Shown one piece after another: positions 11,307 to 21,196 of a stretch of DNA of 64,000 bases. The stretch covers positions 2,880,001-2,944,000 of the forward strand of contig CBDCTH010000012.1 of NCBI GenBank assembly GCA_965222155.1, written 5' to 3'. This DNA comes from Gammaproteobacteria bacterium (lineage in GTDB: Bacteria; Pseudomonadota; Gammaproteobacteria; Eutrophobiales; Eutrophobiaceae). Positions within the stretch are counted from its first letter, which is position 1. Each line of letters begins with the position of its first letter. The position numbers were made by a program, and so were the translations under genes. The notes beneath the pieces are model-generated. The model searched no databases, had not been told where the DNA came from, and saw only the letters and a list, made by a program, of their open reading frames with translations.

Positions 11307-12020
11307 TTAATTCCTGGTGGAGAAACGATAACCGACGCTGCGTACTGTTTGAATGTAATGATTATATTTGTACGGTTCCAGGGTCACGCGCAGCCGCCGT
11401 ATATGAACATCCACGGTGCGCTCTTCAACATAGACGTTCTGGCCCCAGACCTGATCCAGCAATTGACCGCGGGAATAAACCCTTTCCGGGTGGGTAATAA
11501 AAAAATGCAGTAGCCGAAATTCTGTGGGACTGATCTCTACTATTGCTTCGTCAATGGTGACCCTGAAAGTATCCGGATTCAACACAAGACCTCTGACAGA
11601 GATAATTCCGTCAGCGTCCTGGTTTTTTGTGCGCCGCATAACCGCCCGAATGCGCGCCAGTAGTTCTTTGGTTGAGAATGGCTTGGTTATGTAATCATCG
11701 GCCCCGGTGTCCAGTCCGCGCACCTTGTCTGTCTCTTCTCCCCGGGCAGTCAACATGATAATCGGGATATCCCTGGTGTCAGGGTTATTGCGGATGCGTC
11801 TGGCATAATCGACACCACTCATGCCGGGCAGCATCCAGTCCAACAGGACAAGATCAGGTTTTTCATCGGTAAGATACGGCCTGGCCTGTTCAACATTCGC
11901 GACTTCATGCAGCGTATAGCCTTCCTTCATGAGTGTATATCCCAGCATTTCCCTGATGGGGGCCTCATCCTCAACGAGGAGTATTTTGCCTTTCATCAAA
12001 TTGGCTTCGCTGCTCAGCAT
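11307..12020 (-). CDS. phoB: Phosphate regulon response regulator (start possibly 11996)
   Basis: LLDWMLPGMSG, PTEFRLLHFF, VYVEERTVDVHIRRLR. Confidence 0.97.
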   Translation of the reverse strand: MLSSEANLMKGKILLVEDEAPIREMLGYTLMKEGYTLHEVANVEQARPYLTDEKPDLVLLDWMLPGMSGVDYARRIRNNPDTRDIPIIMLTARGEETDKVRGLDTGADDYITKPFSTKELLARIRAVMRRTKNQDADGIISVRGLVLNPDTFRVTIDEAIVEISPTEFRLLHFFITHPERVYSRGQLLDQVWGQNVYVEERTVDVHIRRLRVTLEPYKYNHYIQTVRSVGYRFSTRN

Positions 12021-12042
12021 GCGCTTATTAGACAGGCCTCAT

Positions 12043-12060
12043 GTTACATCCATATGACAA
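12043..12060 (-). promoter_or_regulatory. Pho box upstream of phoB
   Basis: Minus strand TTGTCAT-ATGG-ATGTAAC fits the CTGTCAT-N4-CTGTCAY consensus with 11-bp periodicity. Confidence 0.65.
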
Positions 12061-12254
12061 AAAAGGAAAAATATAGCTGAAAATGTCAGGAAATGGGACG
12101 CGCTTTGACGTTCGGCCCGGACGATTTGACTGGTTTATATTTGCCGGTAAATCGATTCGTTTGAAATATCGGCTGACAGGCTGTCACCGATTATTCCCGG
12201 GGATAAGCCTGCCGGCACCCACACCCTCTTGAGAACGGCCTGCCTGTTGTGTAA

Positions 12255-13571
12255 CTACATAGTCAGGATGCTGAGCAGATTCTTGTAGTCTTCCTCGACC
12301 CTGTTGTCATTTTGGCGCAAATCGGCGACCTTTCTGTGAGCATGCAGTACAGTGGTATGATCGCGCCCGCCGAAAGCGTCACCTATCTCAGGAAGGCTGT
12401 GGTTGGTTAATTCCTTTGCCAGGGCCATGGCCACCTGCCTGGGGCGCGCAATGGATCGGCTCCTTCGTTTTGAAAGCAAATCCGCGACCTTGATTTTGTA
12501 ATACCCGGCGATAACCTTCTGAATGTTCTCCAGAGTAACCTGGCGTTCCTGCAACAGTAATAAATCGCGCAGCGCCAGTTGGCAGAACTCAATATCAATA
12601 GGCTGCCCGGTCAGGTTGGAATTGGCGATGACCCGATTCAAGGCGCCTTCCAGTTCGCGCACGTTCGAGACGAAGCGTTTGGCAATAAAAAAAGCCACGT
12701 TATCCGGGAGGTCAATTTTCGCGTTTTCCGCCTTGGACTTGACAATGGCAACCCGGGTCTCGTATTCCGGCGGTTCTATGGCAACGGTCAATCCGCTGCT
12801 GAAACGCGATCTCAGTCGGTCCTCGATGCCGTCAACCTCTTTCGGGTAGCGGTCGCAGGTCAGGACTATCTGGTTTTCCCCTTCCAGCAGTGTATTGAAC
12901 GTATAGAAAAACTCCTCCTGAGACCTGTCTTTACCGGCAAAAAACTGTATGTCATCAATAAGCAGCACATCCAATGTCCGGTAATTGCGCTTGAACTCGT
13001 CAATGGTATTGTGGCGCAGCGCTTTTACCATGTCGGCAACAAATCGTTCCGAGTGCAGATAGGCAACGTTCATCCCCGACCGTTCTTTCAGAATGGAATT
13101 GCCTATGGCGTGCATCAGGTGAGTTTTGCCAAGGCCGACGCCGCCGCACATGAATAAGGGATTGTACGCGCTACCGGGGTTTTCCGCGACCTGTATGGCC
13201 GCGGCCCGCGCGAGTTGATTCGACTTTCCCTCCACGAATGAGGAAAACCTGTAACTGCGGTTAAGGTTCTCCGGCAGATAGTTGCGATTGAGGACTGTCT
13301 CGTGTGTTTGGCGCGGCCGTCTGGCGCCGCCCTTCTGGCTGCCGACCTCAAGCGACAAGATCGGCTGTCGGCCTTGTTCCTGCGAATGCAGCAATTCTTC
13401 GATGCGCTGCAGGTATTTTTCATTGACCCAATCCAGGACAAACCGGTTCGGCGCGAACAGCCGCAATCTGTTCTTGTCCTCTATGGCCTGCAGCGGACGA
13501 ATCCAGGTGTTGAACTGTTCTGGAGGCAACTCTCCTGCAAGTCGTTCCATGCATGTTTTCCAGGCTGACAT
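12255..13571 (-). CDS. dnaA: Chromosomal replication initiator DnaA
   Basis: [46 protein letters not shown]. Confidence 0.99.
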   Translation of the reverse strand: MSAWKTCMERLAGELPPEQFNTWIRPLQAIEDKNRLRLFAPNRFVLDWVNEKYLQRIEELLHSQEQGRQPILSLEVGSQKGGARRPRQTHETVLNRNYLPENLNRSYRFSSFVEGKSNQLARAAAIQVAENPGSAYNPLFMCGGVGLGKTHLMHAIGNSILKERSGMNVAYLHSERFVADMVKALRHNTIDEFKRNYRTLDVLLIDDIQFFAGKDRSQEEFFYTFNTLLEGENQIVLTCDRYPKEVDGIEDRLRSRFSSGLTVAIEPPEYETRVAIVKSKAENAKIDLPDNVAFFIAKRFVSNVRELEGALNRVIANSNLTGQPIDIEFCQLALRDLLLLQERQVTLENIQKVIAGYYKIKVADLLSKRRSRSIARPRQVAMALAKELTNHSLPEIGDAFGGRDHTTVLHAHRKVADLRQNDNRVEEDYKNLLSILTM

Positions 13572-13758
13572 CTATGAAATTCGCACTCTCATCGGAATAA
13601 ATAATAAACAGGAATGAATCGCAAAGTGTATACTCCTTGAACAGAGTTATCCAATAGAAAATCCCCACGCCTGCCGGATACACACCTCACTCTCATTGAC
13701 AAGCAGGAAAACAAGAACGTAAAATGCCCACGATTATCGGAAATAATAAAAAACGCAA

Positions 13759-13893
13759 ATGAAACGTACATACCAGCCCAGCAATATCAAGCGAAAACGC
13801 CGTCACGGTTTCCGCGTTCGCATGCGCACCAAAGCCGGGCGGCAGATATTGAAGTCGCGCAGAGCCAAAGGCAGGAAGCGCTTGTCCGCCTAA
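13759..13893 (+). CDS. rpmH: 50S ribosomal protein L34 (absent from the ORF track)
   Basis: Translated by hand: [44 protein letters not shown]; divergent from dnaA. Confidence 0.97.
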   Translation: MKRTYQPSNIKRKRRHGFRVRMRTKAGRQILKSRRAKGRKRLSA

Positions 13894-14153
13894 CCCGCAT
13901 ATCTTACCCGTTGATGCGATGATTGCGCCGGATTTTTTATGCCAGCGGGCGCCTGCGACCGAAAGCGTAGCGGGCACTACGGTTGAGGGACAAATTGTCA
14001 GGACAGACAATTTGCACGGCGACAGCCGCCCGCAGGGTTGCGCCCAGAGCCTGCCCCTGTATGGAGTTGAGCAGGGGGAGGGGCGCAATGAACACTGCCC
14101 ACTGGCGTAAAAAAGACAAGCGAGGGCGCATCAACGGGTGAGATATGCGGGTT
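13892..14153. mobile_element. Palindromic MITE/RPE-like element, copy 1 (262 bp, with ~100-bp nested insert)
   Basis: 27-bp terminal inverted repeats AACCCGCATATCT(T/C)ACCCGTTGATGCG; internal sequence shared with copies at 14516, 41633 and 63735. Confidence 0.85.
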
Positions 14154-14518
14154 CATCCGTGTCACCTGAACGTCGCCGTCTCCAGCGAAAACACAGACTG
14201 AACAGCGCCGCGGATTTCAATAACGTTTTTAAAACATCCTGTCGCTCCCGGGATTCGCAGTTTATTATTCTGGCGCGCAGGAACGGCAGAACATATGCGC
14301 GGCTGGGTCTGGCAATTTCCAAGAAGGCGGTGAAAGCGGCGGTATCCAGAAACAAGGTTAAACGCACCATACGGGAAAGTTTCCGCAACCACGCGGATAT
14401 ATTGTCAGGACTTGACATAGTGGTGTTAGCGCAACGGCAGATAAAGTCACATGAAAGCAGGTTTATGAGCCAGTCTCTCAGAACACATTGGCAACGGATT
14501 ATGCAATGCGAACAGTAG
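14138..14518 (+). CDS. rnpA: Ribonuclease P protein component (native start probably GTG 14159)
   Basis: [33 protein letters not shown]; rpmH-rnpA synteny. Confidence 0.95.
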   Translation: MRYAGSSVSPERRRLQRKHRLNSAADFNNVFKTSCRSRDSQFIILARRNGRTYARLGLAISKKAVKAAVSRNKVKRTIRESFRNHADILSGLDIVVLAQRQIKSHESRFMSQSLRTHWQRIMQCEQ

Positions 14519-14877
14519 CCCGGATTTCTCACCAAGCGATGCGCCCTCGCTTGTCTTTTTCCCGCCAGCGGGCACGTGCTCCCTCAACCAGAGGCATAAC
14601 TATGCTTTCGGTCGCAGGCGCCCGCTGGCGGGAAAAATCCGGCGCAATCATCGCATCGCTTGGTGAGAAATCCGGGCTAATTACCGGCGCGATCCGCCTT
14701 TACCAACGCTTTGTCAGCCCTTTCCTGGGCGCGAACTGCCGATTTTACCCGTCTTGTTCCAGCTACGCCTGCGAAGCCATAGAAAAACATGGCGTGCTGC
14801 GCGGCGCCTGGCTGGGCGCCAGGCGCCTGTGCCGCTGCCACCCTTTTCATCCGGGCGGCATCGACCCCGTTCCCTAG
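14506..14877 (+). CDS. yidD: Membrane protein insertion efficiency factor YidD carrying a 54-aa in-frame insertion
   Basis: MRTV-[54 aa][14 protein letters not shown]..[25 protein letters not shown]. Confidence 0.9.
   Translation: MRTVARISHQAMRPRLSFSRQRARAPSTRGITMLSVAGARWREKSGAIIASLGEKSGLITGAIRLYQRFVSPFLGANCRFYPSCSSYACEAIEKHGVLRGAWLGARRLCRCHPFHPGGIDPVP
14516..14679. mobile_element. Palindromic MITE/RPE-like element, copy 2 (inside yidD)
   Basis: Perfect 28-bp inverted ends TAGCCCGGATTTCTCACCAAGCGATGCG, TA at both ends, net +162 bp. Confidence 0.92.
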
Positions 14878-14908
14878 CCCGTACATGGCGGCAGGCCGAT
14901 AACGATAC

Positions 14909-16552
14909 ATGGATACACAACGATTTATTCTCGTCCTGGCGCTGACGCTGGTATCCATCATGCTGTGGGAAGCCTGGCAGCGGGATTATGGCGCCGCGCC
15001 TGCCGGCGCGGCTGCGCCGGACGCACTCCAGCCCTTTGAAGACCCGGGGATTCCGCAGATAAAGCCGGACGACACGACAGCACGGCCTGTCCCCGGTGCT
15101 GAAGCGTCGCAGGGGACGGACGGCTCTGTGACTACGGTAGAGACGGACGTATTGCGCCTGAAAATCGACCGGGGCGGAACCATCGTGTTCGCCGAGTTGC
15201 CGGGTTACCCGATCTCACTGGATAACCCGGACCAGGCTTTTGTCCTGCTGAATAACTCTACCGGTTTGTACCATGTCATACAAAGCGGTATCGTCGGTGA
15301 AACAGCGCCGACCCACAAGGACGTGTTCTCATCGAGGCGGACATCCTACACTCTTAACGAAGGCGAGGACGTCCTGGAAGTACCGCTCACATGGAAATCG
15401 GCAGACGGCGTGTCGGTAACCAAGGTATTCACTTTCGCGCGCGGTTCTTACCGGATTCACCTCAAACACATCATTGAAAACGGGTCGGACACGGACTGGG
15501 AGGGTCGCCAGTATACCCAGATAAAACGGGATGATCCGTCTAAAGAAGGCAGGAAATTACTGTATACTTATACCGGCGCGGTGCTCTCCAGCCCGGATAA
15601 CCGTTATGAGAAGATCAGCTTCGATGATATGGAAGACGCGGAGGCGGACGAGGCTATCAGCAACGGCTGGGCGGCCATGATTCAGCATTATTTTTTAACG
15701 GCCATTCTCCCCGCCGACAAGCAGGCTGTGTACCGTTACTACACCCGCGCGTTTTCTTCCCAGTATTACTCAATCGGCAACGTCTCTCCGGCCCTGCGGC
15801 TTGCCCCGGGACAACAGGGTGAACTGGCCGACTATCTTTACGTCGGGCCCAAACAGCAATCCGAACTGGAACAACTGGCGGACGGCCTGGAACTGACTGT
15901 TGATTACGGCATCCTCTGGTTTCTGGCCAAACCGCTGTTCTGGTGCCTGGAGCGGCTGCACGGGTTGACGGGCAACTGGGGCTGGTCAATCATCCTGGTG
16001 ACGGTCCTGTTGAAGGTCCTGTTTTACCGCCTGTCCGCCGCCGGTTATCGATCCATGGCGAATATGCGCCGGGTACAACCTCGCATGGTGGCAATCCGCG
16101 CGCGCCACAAGGACGATCGCGCCCGTTTGAACCAGGCAATGATGCAGATTTACAAGGAGGAGAAAATCAACCCGTTCGGCGGCTGTTTCCCGATACTGGT
16201 TCAGATCCCCGTGTTTCTCGCCCTGTACTGGGTATTGCTGGAAAGCGTCGAATTGAGACAGGCGGATTTTATCTTCTGGTTGAATGACCTGTCCAGCAAG
16301 GACCCTTTTTACGTTCTACCGATCATCATGGGCGCGACCATGTTGATCCAGCAAAGGCTGAATCCCGCGCCGATGGATCCCATGCAGGAGAAAGTGATGA
16401 AAGCCCTGCCTTTCGTGTTCACGGTATTCTTCGCTTTTTTTCCTTCCGGACTGGTGCTGTACTGGGTCACCAACAACGTCTTATCCATTGCCCAGCAATG
16501 GCGTATCACGAAAAACCTGGAAAAAGAGGGCCTCTCTACTGCCAACAAGTGA
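14909..16552 (+). CDS. yidC: Membrane protein insertase YidC
   Basis: GWAAMIQHYF, LELTVDYG, NWGWSII, INPFGGCFP, GLVLYW. Confidence 0.98.
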   Translation: MDTQRFILVLALTLVSIMLWEAWQRDYGAAPAGAAAPDALQPFEDPGIPQIKPDDTTARPVPGAEASQGTDGSVTTVETDVLRLKIDRGGTIVFAELPGYPISLDNPDQAFVLLNNSTGLYHVIQSGIVGETAPTHKDVFSSRRTSYTLNEGEDVLEVPLTWKSADGVSVTKVFTFARGSYRIHLKHIIENGSDTDWEGRQYTQIKRDDPSKEGRKLLYTYTGAVLSSPDNRYEKISFDDMEDAEADEAISNGWAAMIQHYFLTAILPADKQAVYRYYTRAFSSQYYSIGNVSPALRLAPGQQGELADYLYVGPKQQSELEQLADGLELTVDYGILWFLAKPLFWCLERLHGLTGNWGWSIILVTVLLKVLFYRLSAAGYRSMANMRRVQPRMVAIRARHKDDRARLNQAMMQIYKEEKINPFGGCFPILVQIPVFLALYWVLLESVELRQADFIFWLNDLSSKDPFYVLPIIMGATMLIQQRLNPAPMDPMQEKVMKALPFVFTVFFAFFPSGLVLYWVTNNVLSIAQQWRITKNLEKEGLSTANK

Positions 16553-17927
16553 CGATCCAGTCCAGCTCCGGCCGCCGGAACACACGGATACCATCGCGGC
16601 CATCGCCACACCGCCCGGACAAGGCGGGGTCGGTATCGTGAAACTGTCCGGGCCGGACAGCAACAGGATCCTCACGACGATTTGCCGGGTTAACCCGGTA
16701 CCGCGCAAATGCCTGTACACGGCGTTTTATGATGCCCGGGGACAAGTTCTTGATCGCGGTATGGCGCTGTTTTTTCAAGGGCCCGACTCTCACACCGGCG
16801 AGGATATCGCCGAGTTGCACGGTCACGGTGGGCCGGTTGTGATGAACCTGCTGTTGCAACGCGTCCTGTCAGTGGGCGCCCGCTATGCGCGTCCCGGTGA
16901 ATTCAGCGAAAGAGCCTTCCTGAATAATAAAATCGATTTGCTGCAAGCCGAAGCCGTGGCGGACCTGATAAGCAGCGCCTCCGAACAGGCCGCGCAAAGC
17001 GCGCTCCGTTCCATGGAGGGATTGTTTTCTTCGTTGCTTGATGATCTCGTGGAAAAAGTGGTTGAGCTGCGCGTGTTTGTCGAGGCCATGCTGGATTTTC
17101 CCGAAGAGGAGATCGACGTCCTGATCGAGACGGAACTGCACACCAGGCTGGAGCAGTGCCGCCGCGGCCTGGCTGACGTCTGCTCCCGGGCAGAAACCGG
17201 CAAGATGCTGGCGGAGGGCTTGAAGATTGCGCTCATCGGCAAACCCAACGTCGGCAAATCCAGCCTGTTGAACTGTCTGGCTCAGGTTGAGCGCGCCATC
17301 GTTTCACCGCAGCCGGGTACCACGCGGGACACGGTAGAACAACAGATCCTGCTGGACGGCATACCGGTCAAGGTAATCGATACGGCGGGGATAAGAGAGG
17401 CCGGGAACCTGATAGAACAGGAAGGAATACGGCGCGCAAAATCCGCGCTTGAGCATGCCGACGCCGTCATCCTCATTGCCGACGTGAACCAAGACGATCT
17501 CCCGGACCTGCAAGCCATGGCAGCAGATTTCAGCACGGGAAAGAACCTGTTGTACGTCTTTAACAAAATCGACCTGTCAGGTCATAGCGCGGGTTCAACC
17601 CGGGGACCGGGTGGTGAACGGCAGGTTTATATCTCTGCAAAAACCGGCGCCGGGATAGCTGCTCTGAAGCAGGAAATCAAAACCAGCGTCATCGGCTCGG
17701 ACAGCTCGGAGAACACGTTTATTGCCCACACCCGCCATATCAATGCCCTCAGCGAAGCCGGGGCAATACTCGAACAGTCCACCCTGGAGTTCCAGCGGCG
17801 CCATGCCATTGAGCTGTTTGCCGAGGACCTGGCCAGACTGCAACAATGCCTGAGCGTGATAACCGGGGAATACGCGCCCGACGACTTGCTCGGCGAGATT
17901 TTTTCCCGCTTCTGTATTGGCAAGTAA
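16488..17927 (+). CDS. mnmE: tRNA modification GTPase MnmE (true start uncertain, probably ~16540-16590)
   Basis: DTIAAIATPPGQGGVGI, GKPNVGKSS, GTTRD, DTAGIR, IFSRFCIGK. Confidence 0.97.
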   Translation: MPSNGVSRKTWKKRASLLPTSDDPVQLRPPEHTDTIAAIATPPGQGGVGIVKLSGPDSNRILTTICRVNPVPRKCLYTAFYDARGQVLDRGMALFFQGPDSHTGEDIAELHGHGGPVVMNLLLQRVLSVGARYARPGEFSERAFLNNKIDLLQAEAVADLISSASEQAAQSALRSMEGLFSSLLDDLVEKVVELRVFVEAMLDFPEEEIDVLIETELHTRLEQCRRGLADVCSRAETGKMLAEGLKIALIGKPNVGKSSLLNCLAQVERAIVSPQPGTTRDTVEQQILLDGIPVKVIDTAGIREAGNLIEQEGIRRAKSALEHADAVILIADVNQDDLPDLQAMAADFSTGKNLLYVFNKIDLSGHSAGSTRGPGGERQVYISAKTGAGIAALKQEIKTSVIGSDSSENTFIAHTRHINALSEAGAILEQSTLEFQRRHAIELFAEDLARLQQCLSVITGEYAPDDLLGEIFSRFCIGK

Positions 17928-17975
17928 GCGGATTCGGGACATGACTCCAGGGCGCCATAGCTACAGGTTTAACAG

Positions 17976-18917
17976 GTGAGCGGGGAACACGGCAAGTTTC
18001 TATTTATTACACTGAGTAATATCGGCGATGCGCTGTTGACGACTCCGGTATTGCAGTTTTTGCATCACTTCGATCCAGCTGCGGCCATAGATATTGTCAG
18101 CGACAAACGTTCATCCATGTTGTTCCTGCACTGTCCCTACAGGGGGCGGATTTATCACAAACAAAAACAACTTTTTTTGCGCGGCGGCCCGGCACTTTTG
18201 TTTAAGTTACGCCGGCAACGCTACGATGTTATCGTCGATTTGCGCACGGACATCCTGGCGCGTCTGATCAGGGCTGAAAAACGGCTTATCAAGACAGCCG
18301 CAGGGAAGCACATTCATGCCGTCGAAAAACACTTCTCCGCCGTCTCAGAAATTGCCGGTGACGAGAAAATCCCGGCGACCGCCATGTGGCCGGGACAAGC
18401 AGACAGGGATTATGCCAGTGAGGTCTATGGCAGGCTGACCGGCGCCAAGTGGTTGTGTATAGGCCCGGGCGCGAACTGGGATAAAAAAATCTGGCCGGCG
18501 GATAAATACCTATTGCTGGCCCAGGCCCTCAGCAGCCAATTTGACTCGCTCGTGCTGCTCGGTAATGCCGCGGATAACCGGCACGCTGAGCGGATAGCCG
18601 GGCGCGTCCGGCTACCCTGTATCAACCTTTGCGGCCGGACCACATTGCTGCAGGCCGGCGCTATCATGGAAAAGATGACCTTGTTCATCGGCAACGACTC
18701 CGGCCTCGGCCACATAGCCAGCGCCGTGAATACCCCGTCTTTCACCCTGTTCGGTCCCGGTCACCCGGAACGCTACCACCCCTGGGGACCGCGCGCCGCC
18801 TGGTACGCCACCCCGGACCTGAATATCGATAGCATCCCCGTAGACCTTGTCGTGAAACTGGTCAGACAGCATCTGGCCAGTCTCTCCCGCACCGGCGCCA
18901 TTGCGCCAGGGTGTTAA
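17976..18917 (+). CDS. Glycosyltransferase family 9 (heptosyltransferase-like)
   Basis: LSNIGDALLTTP, KIWP, FIGNDSGLGHIASA, LFGP. Confidence 0.88.
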   Translation: MSGEHGKFLFITLSNIGDALLTTPVLQFLHHFDPAAAIDIVSDKRSSMLFLHCPYRGRIYHKQKQLFLRGGPALLFKLRRQRYDVIVDLRTDILARLIRAEKRLIKTAAGKHIHAVEKHFSAVSEIAGDEKIPATAMWPGQADRDYASEVYGRLTGAKWLCIGPGANWDKKIWPADKYLLLAQALSSQFDSLVLLGNAADNRHAERIAGRVRLPCINLCGRTTLLQAGAIMEKMTLFIGNDSGLGHIASAVNTPSFTLFGPGHPERYHPWGPRAAWYATPDLNIDSIPVDLVVKLVRQHLASLSRTGAIAPGC

Positions 18918-19088
18918 TGACTGCGGGAGCGGCTTTTTCGCCATGGCGCTGTTTTACTCCGGTTTCCGCTGTTTAATGTTAGAATTGCTGGCGGGTTTGT
19001 CAGACACTGGGGGAATGTACTGCAAAACCTGTCCGCGACACCCTCGCGTTGCGGTTTTAGTGAACAATATTTAAAGGAGAATTTCTAC

Positions 19089-20039
19089 ATGACAATGGCT
19101 GATCATGACGGTGTGATATGGTTCGACGGCAAGCTGGTTCCCTGGAAGGAGGCGAACATACACGTGCTTACCCACACCTTGCATTACGGCACAGGGGTGT
19201 TCGAGGGCATGCGCGCATACGCTACGCCGGACGGCGCCGCTATCTTCAGGCTGCATGAACACACGCAGCGGATGTTCCGTTCGGCACACATTCTGGGGAT
19301 GCACATACCCTACACTATTGACAAGATTAATGAGTCCTGTATTACGGTGGTGCGGGAGAACAATCTCACGGCGGCCTATATCCGGCCGATCTGTTTTTAC
19401 GGGTCCGAGGGAATGGGCTTGCGGGCGGACAACCTGCAGGTGCACGTGGCGGTTGCCGCCTGGGAATGGGGCGCTTACCTTGGAGATGACGGGCTGGAAA
19501 AGGGGATACGCATCAAGACGTCCTCTTTCACCCGGCACCACGTCAACATATCCATGTGCAAGGCCAAGGCGACCGGTCACTATATCAATTCCACACTTGC
19601 ATTGCATGAGGCGATCAGTTGTGGTTATGATGAGGCCCTGTTGCTGGACAACGAAGGTTACGTCGCCGAAGGCAGCGGCGAGAATATCTTTATCGTGCGG
19701 GACGGCGTGATCTATACGCCGGACCTGACTTCGGCCCTGGAAGGGGTGACCCGGGATACCATCATGGTGTTCGCCCGTGAACTGGGTATGGAAGTGCGCG
19801 AGAAACGCCTGACCCGGGACGAGGTGTATGTGGCTGATGAGGCGTTTTTCACCGGCACTGCGGCGGAGGTTACCCCGGTGGTGGAACTGGACAGGCGGGT
19901 AATCGGTACAGGCCGGCGCGGCCCGGTAACCAGGCAATTACAGACCCTGTTTTTCGACCAGGTTTCCGGCCGTCAGGGCCGGCATCCGGAGTGGTTGACC
20001 TATGTAACGGAAACCTGTGAGGTGGCGCAAGCAATATGA
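19089..20039 (+). CDS. ilvE: Branched-chain amino acid aminotransferase
   Basis: [40 protein letters not shown]. Confidence 0.96.
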   Translation: MTMADHDGVIWFDGKLVPWKEANIHVLTHTLHYGTGVFEGMRAYATPDGAAIFRLHEHTQRMFRSAHILGMHIPYTIDKINESCITVVRENNLTAAYIRPICFYGSEGMGLRADNLQVHVAVAAWEWGAYLGDDGLEKGIRIKTSSFTRHHVNISMCKAKATGHYINSTLALHEAISCGYDEALLLDNEGYVAEGSGENIFIVRDGVIYTPDLTSALEGVTRDTIMVFARELGMEVREKRLTRDEVYVADEAFFTGTAAEVTPVVELDRRVIGTGRRGPVTRQLQTLFFDQVSGRQGRHPEWLTYVTETCEVAQAI

Positions 20040-20233
20040 GCCGGAGTGGAGCGAATACGCCGAACGACAGGCAGCGTTATGAAATCAGCCGGCAGGATCT
20101 GCCCCTGCACTGTCCCCTGCCGGACATGAGTTTGTGGAATTCCCATCCGCGGGTGTACCTGCCGATAGAAGAGACGGGCATGGCGAAATGCCCATATTGC
20201 GGAACCGAGTTCACGCTGGAATCCACTGCCTGA
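20036..20233 (+). CDS. Zinc-finger (CHCC-type) protein
   Basis: [21 protein letters not shown]; overlaps the ilvE stop. Confidence 0.88.
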   Translation: MSRSGANTPNDRQRYEISRQDLPLHCPLPDMSLWNSHPRVYLPIEETGMAKCPYCGTEFTLESTA

Positions 20234-20239
20234 TACGGT

Positions 20240-21196
20240 TTGAACCACGCCTCCCGTCAAGCTGAAACCGAACCTGCCGTGGTCTGGCAGATCAGTGACG
20301 GGAAACGCGGACACCTGAGCCAGTCGTCCGGGCTGGTCGAAGCCCTGAGCCGGTGCGCGCCACTGGCGGTGTACCAGGTGGCGGCAGCGCCGTTGCTTCG
20401 ATCTGTTGTGTCCTGTATTACCTGCACAACCGGATGGGTGCGCGGCTTGCCGGCGCCGCAGTTGGTAGTCGGCGCCGGCCATGCAACCCACACAACCATG
20501 CTGGCCCTGAGCCGGGCTTACCGGGCCAGGACCGTCGTACTCATGCGCCCCAGCCTGCCGCTGAGCTGGTTTGATTACTGTCTGGTGCCGGCCCATGACG
20601 ACCCGCCCGCCCGCGCTAACGTCATCGTCACGACGGGCGCCGTCAACCCCTTACAGGCGGGACAGGACCACGATCCGGGACGCGGCCTTATCCTGGTCGG
20701 CGGGCCTTCCCGGCATTACCGTCTGGATGCGGCATTGCTGCTGTCCAGTATCAGGCAGGTGCTGACGCGCGCCTCGGACCGGCACTGGACCTTGTCGAGT
20801 TCCCCCCGAACGCCCGCGCAACTGACCCGTGAACTGATCAGGCTGGAAGCCGATGGGGTCGACGTGGTCCTGTGGGATCGTTGTGAACGGGACTGGCTGG
20901 CGGATATGCTGACGCGTAGCCGTGACGTCTGGATAAGCGAAGACAGCATCTCCATGATCTACGAGGCGCTGACTGCCGGTTGCCGGGTGGGGCTGTTGCC
21001 GGTACCGAGGAAATCCGCAAGACGACTGCACCGGGCAATCGATCAACTGTTGCATGGACACTTCGTGTGCGCGTACCGCGACTGGCTTGACGGCGCTATG
21101 CTGGCCGCTCCGCCCCGACCGCTGGATGAAGCCAACCGTTGCGCCCGGCTGTTATTGGACAAGGGACTGTTATCCGGAACTAGCGCGTGCCCTTGA
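20240..21196 (+). CDS. ELM1-family protein (mitochondrial fission ELM1-like / GT-associated)
   Basis: SDGKRGHLSQSSGL, VPAHD, LILVGGPS, SSSPRTP, SEDSISMIYEA. Confidence 0.8.
   Translation: MNHASRQAETEPAVVWQISDGKRGHLSQSSGLVEALSRCAPLAVYQVAAAPLLRSVVSCITCTTGWVRGLPAPQLVVGAGHATHTTMLALSRAYRARTVVLMRPSLPLSWFDYCLVPAHDDPPARANVIVTTGAVNPLQAGQDHDPGRGLILVGGPSRHYRLDAALLLSSIRQVLTRASDRHWTLSSSPRTPAQLTRELIRLEADGVDVVLWDRCERDWLADMLTRSRDVWISEDSISMIYEALTAGCRVGLLPVPRKSARRLHRAIDQLLHGHFVCAYRDWLDGAMLAAPPRPLDEANRCARLLLDKGLLSGTSACP

Noticed and set aside
12021-13758. oriC beside dnaA
   Set aside because: No cluster of good TTATCCACA boxes seen on either side
13693-14134. Short ORFs across the rpmH-rnpA spacer
   Set aside because: They are antisense to rpmH or read through the palindromic repeat
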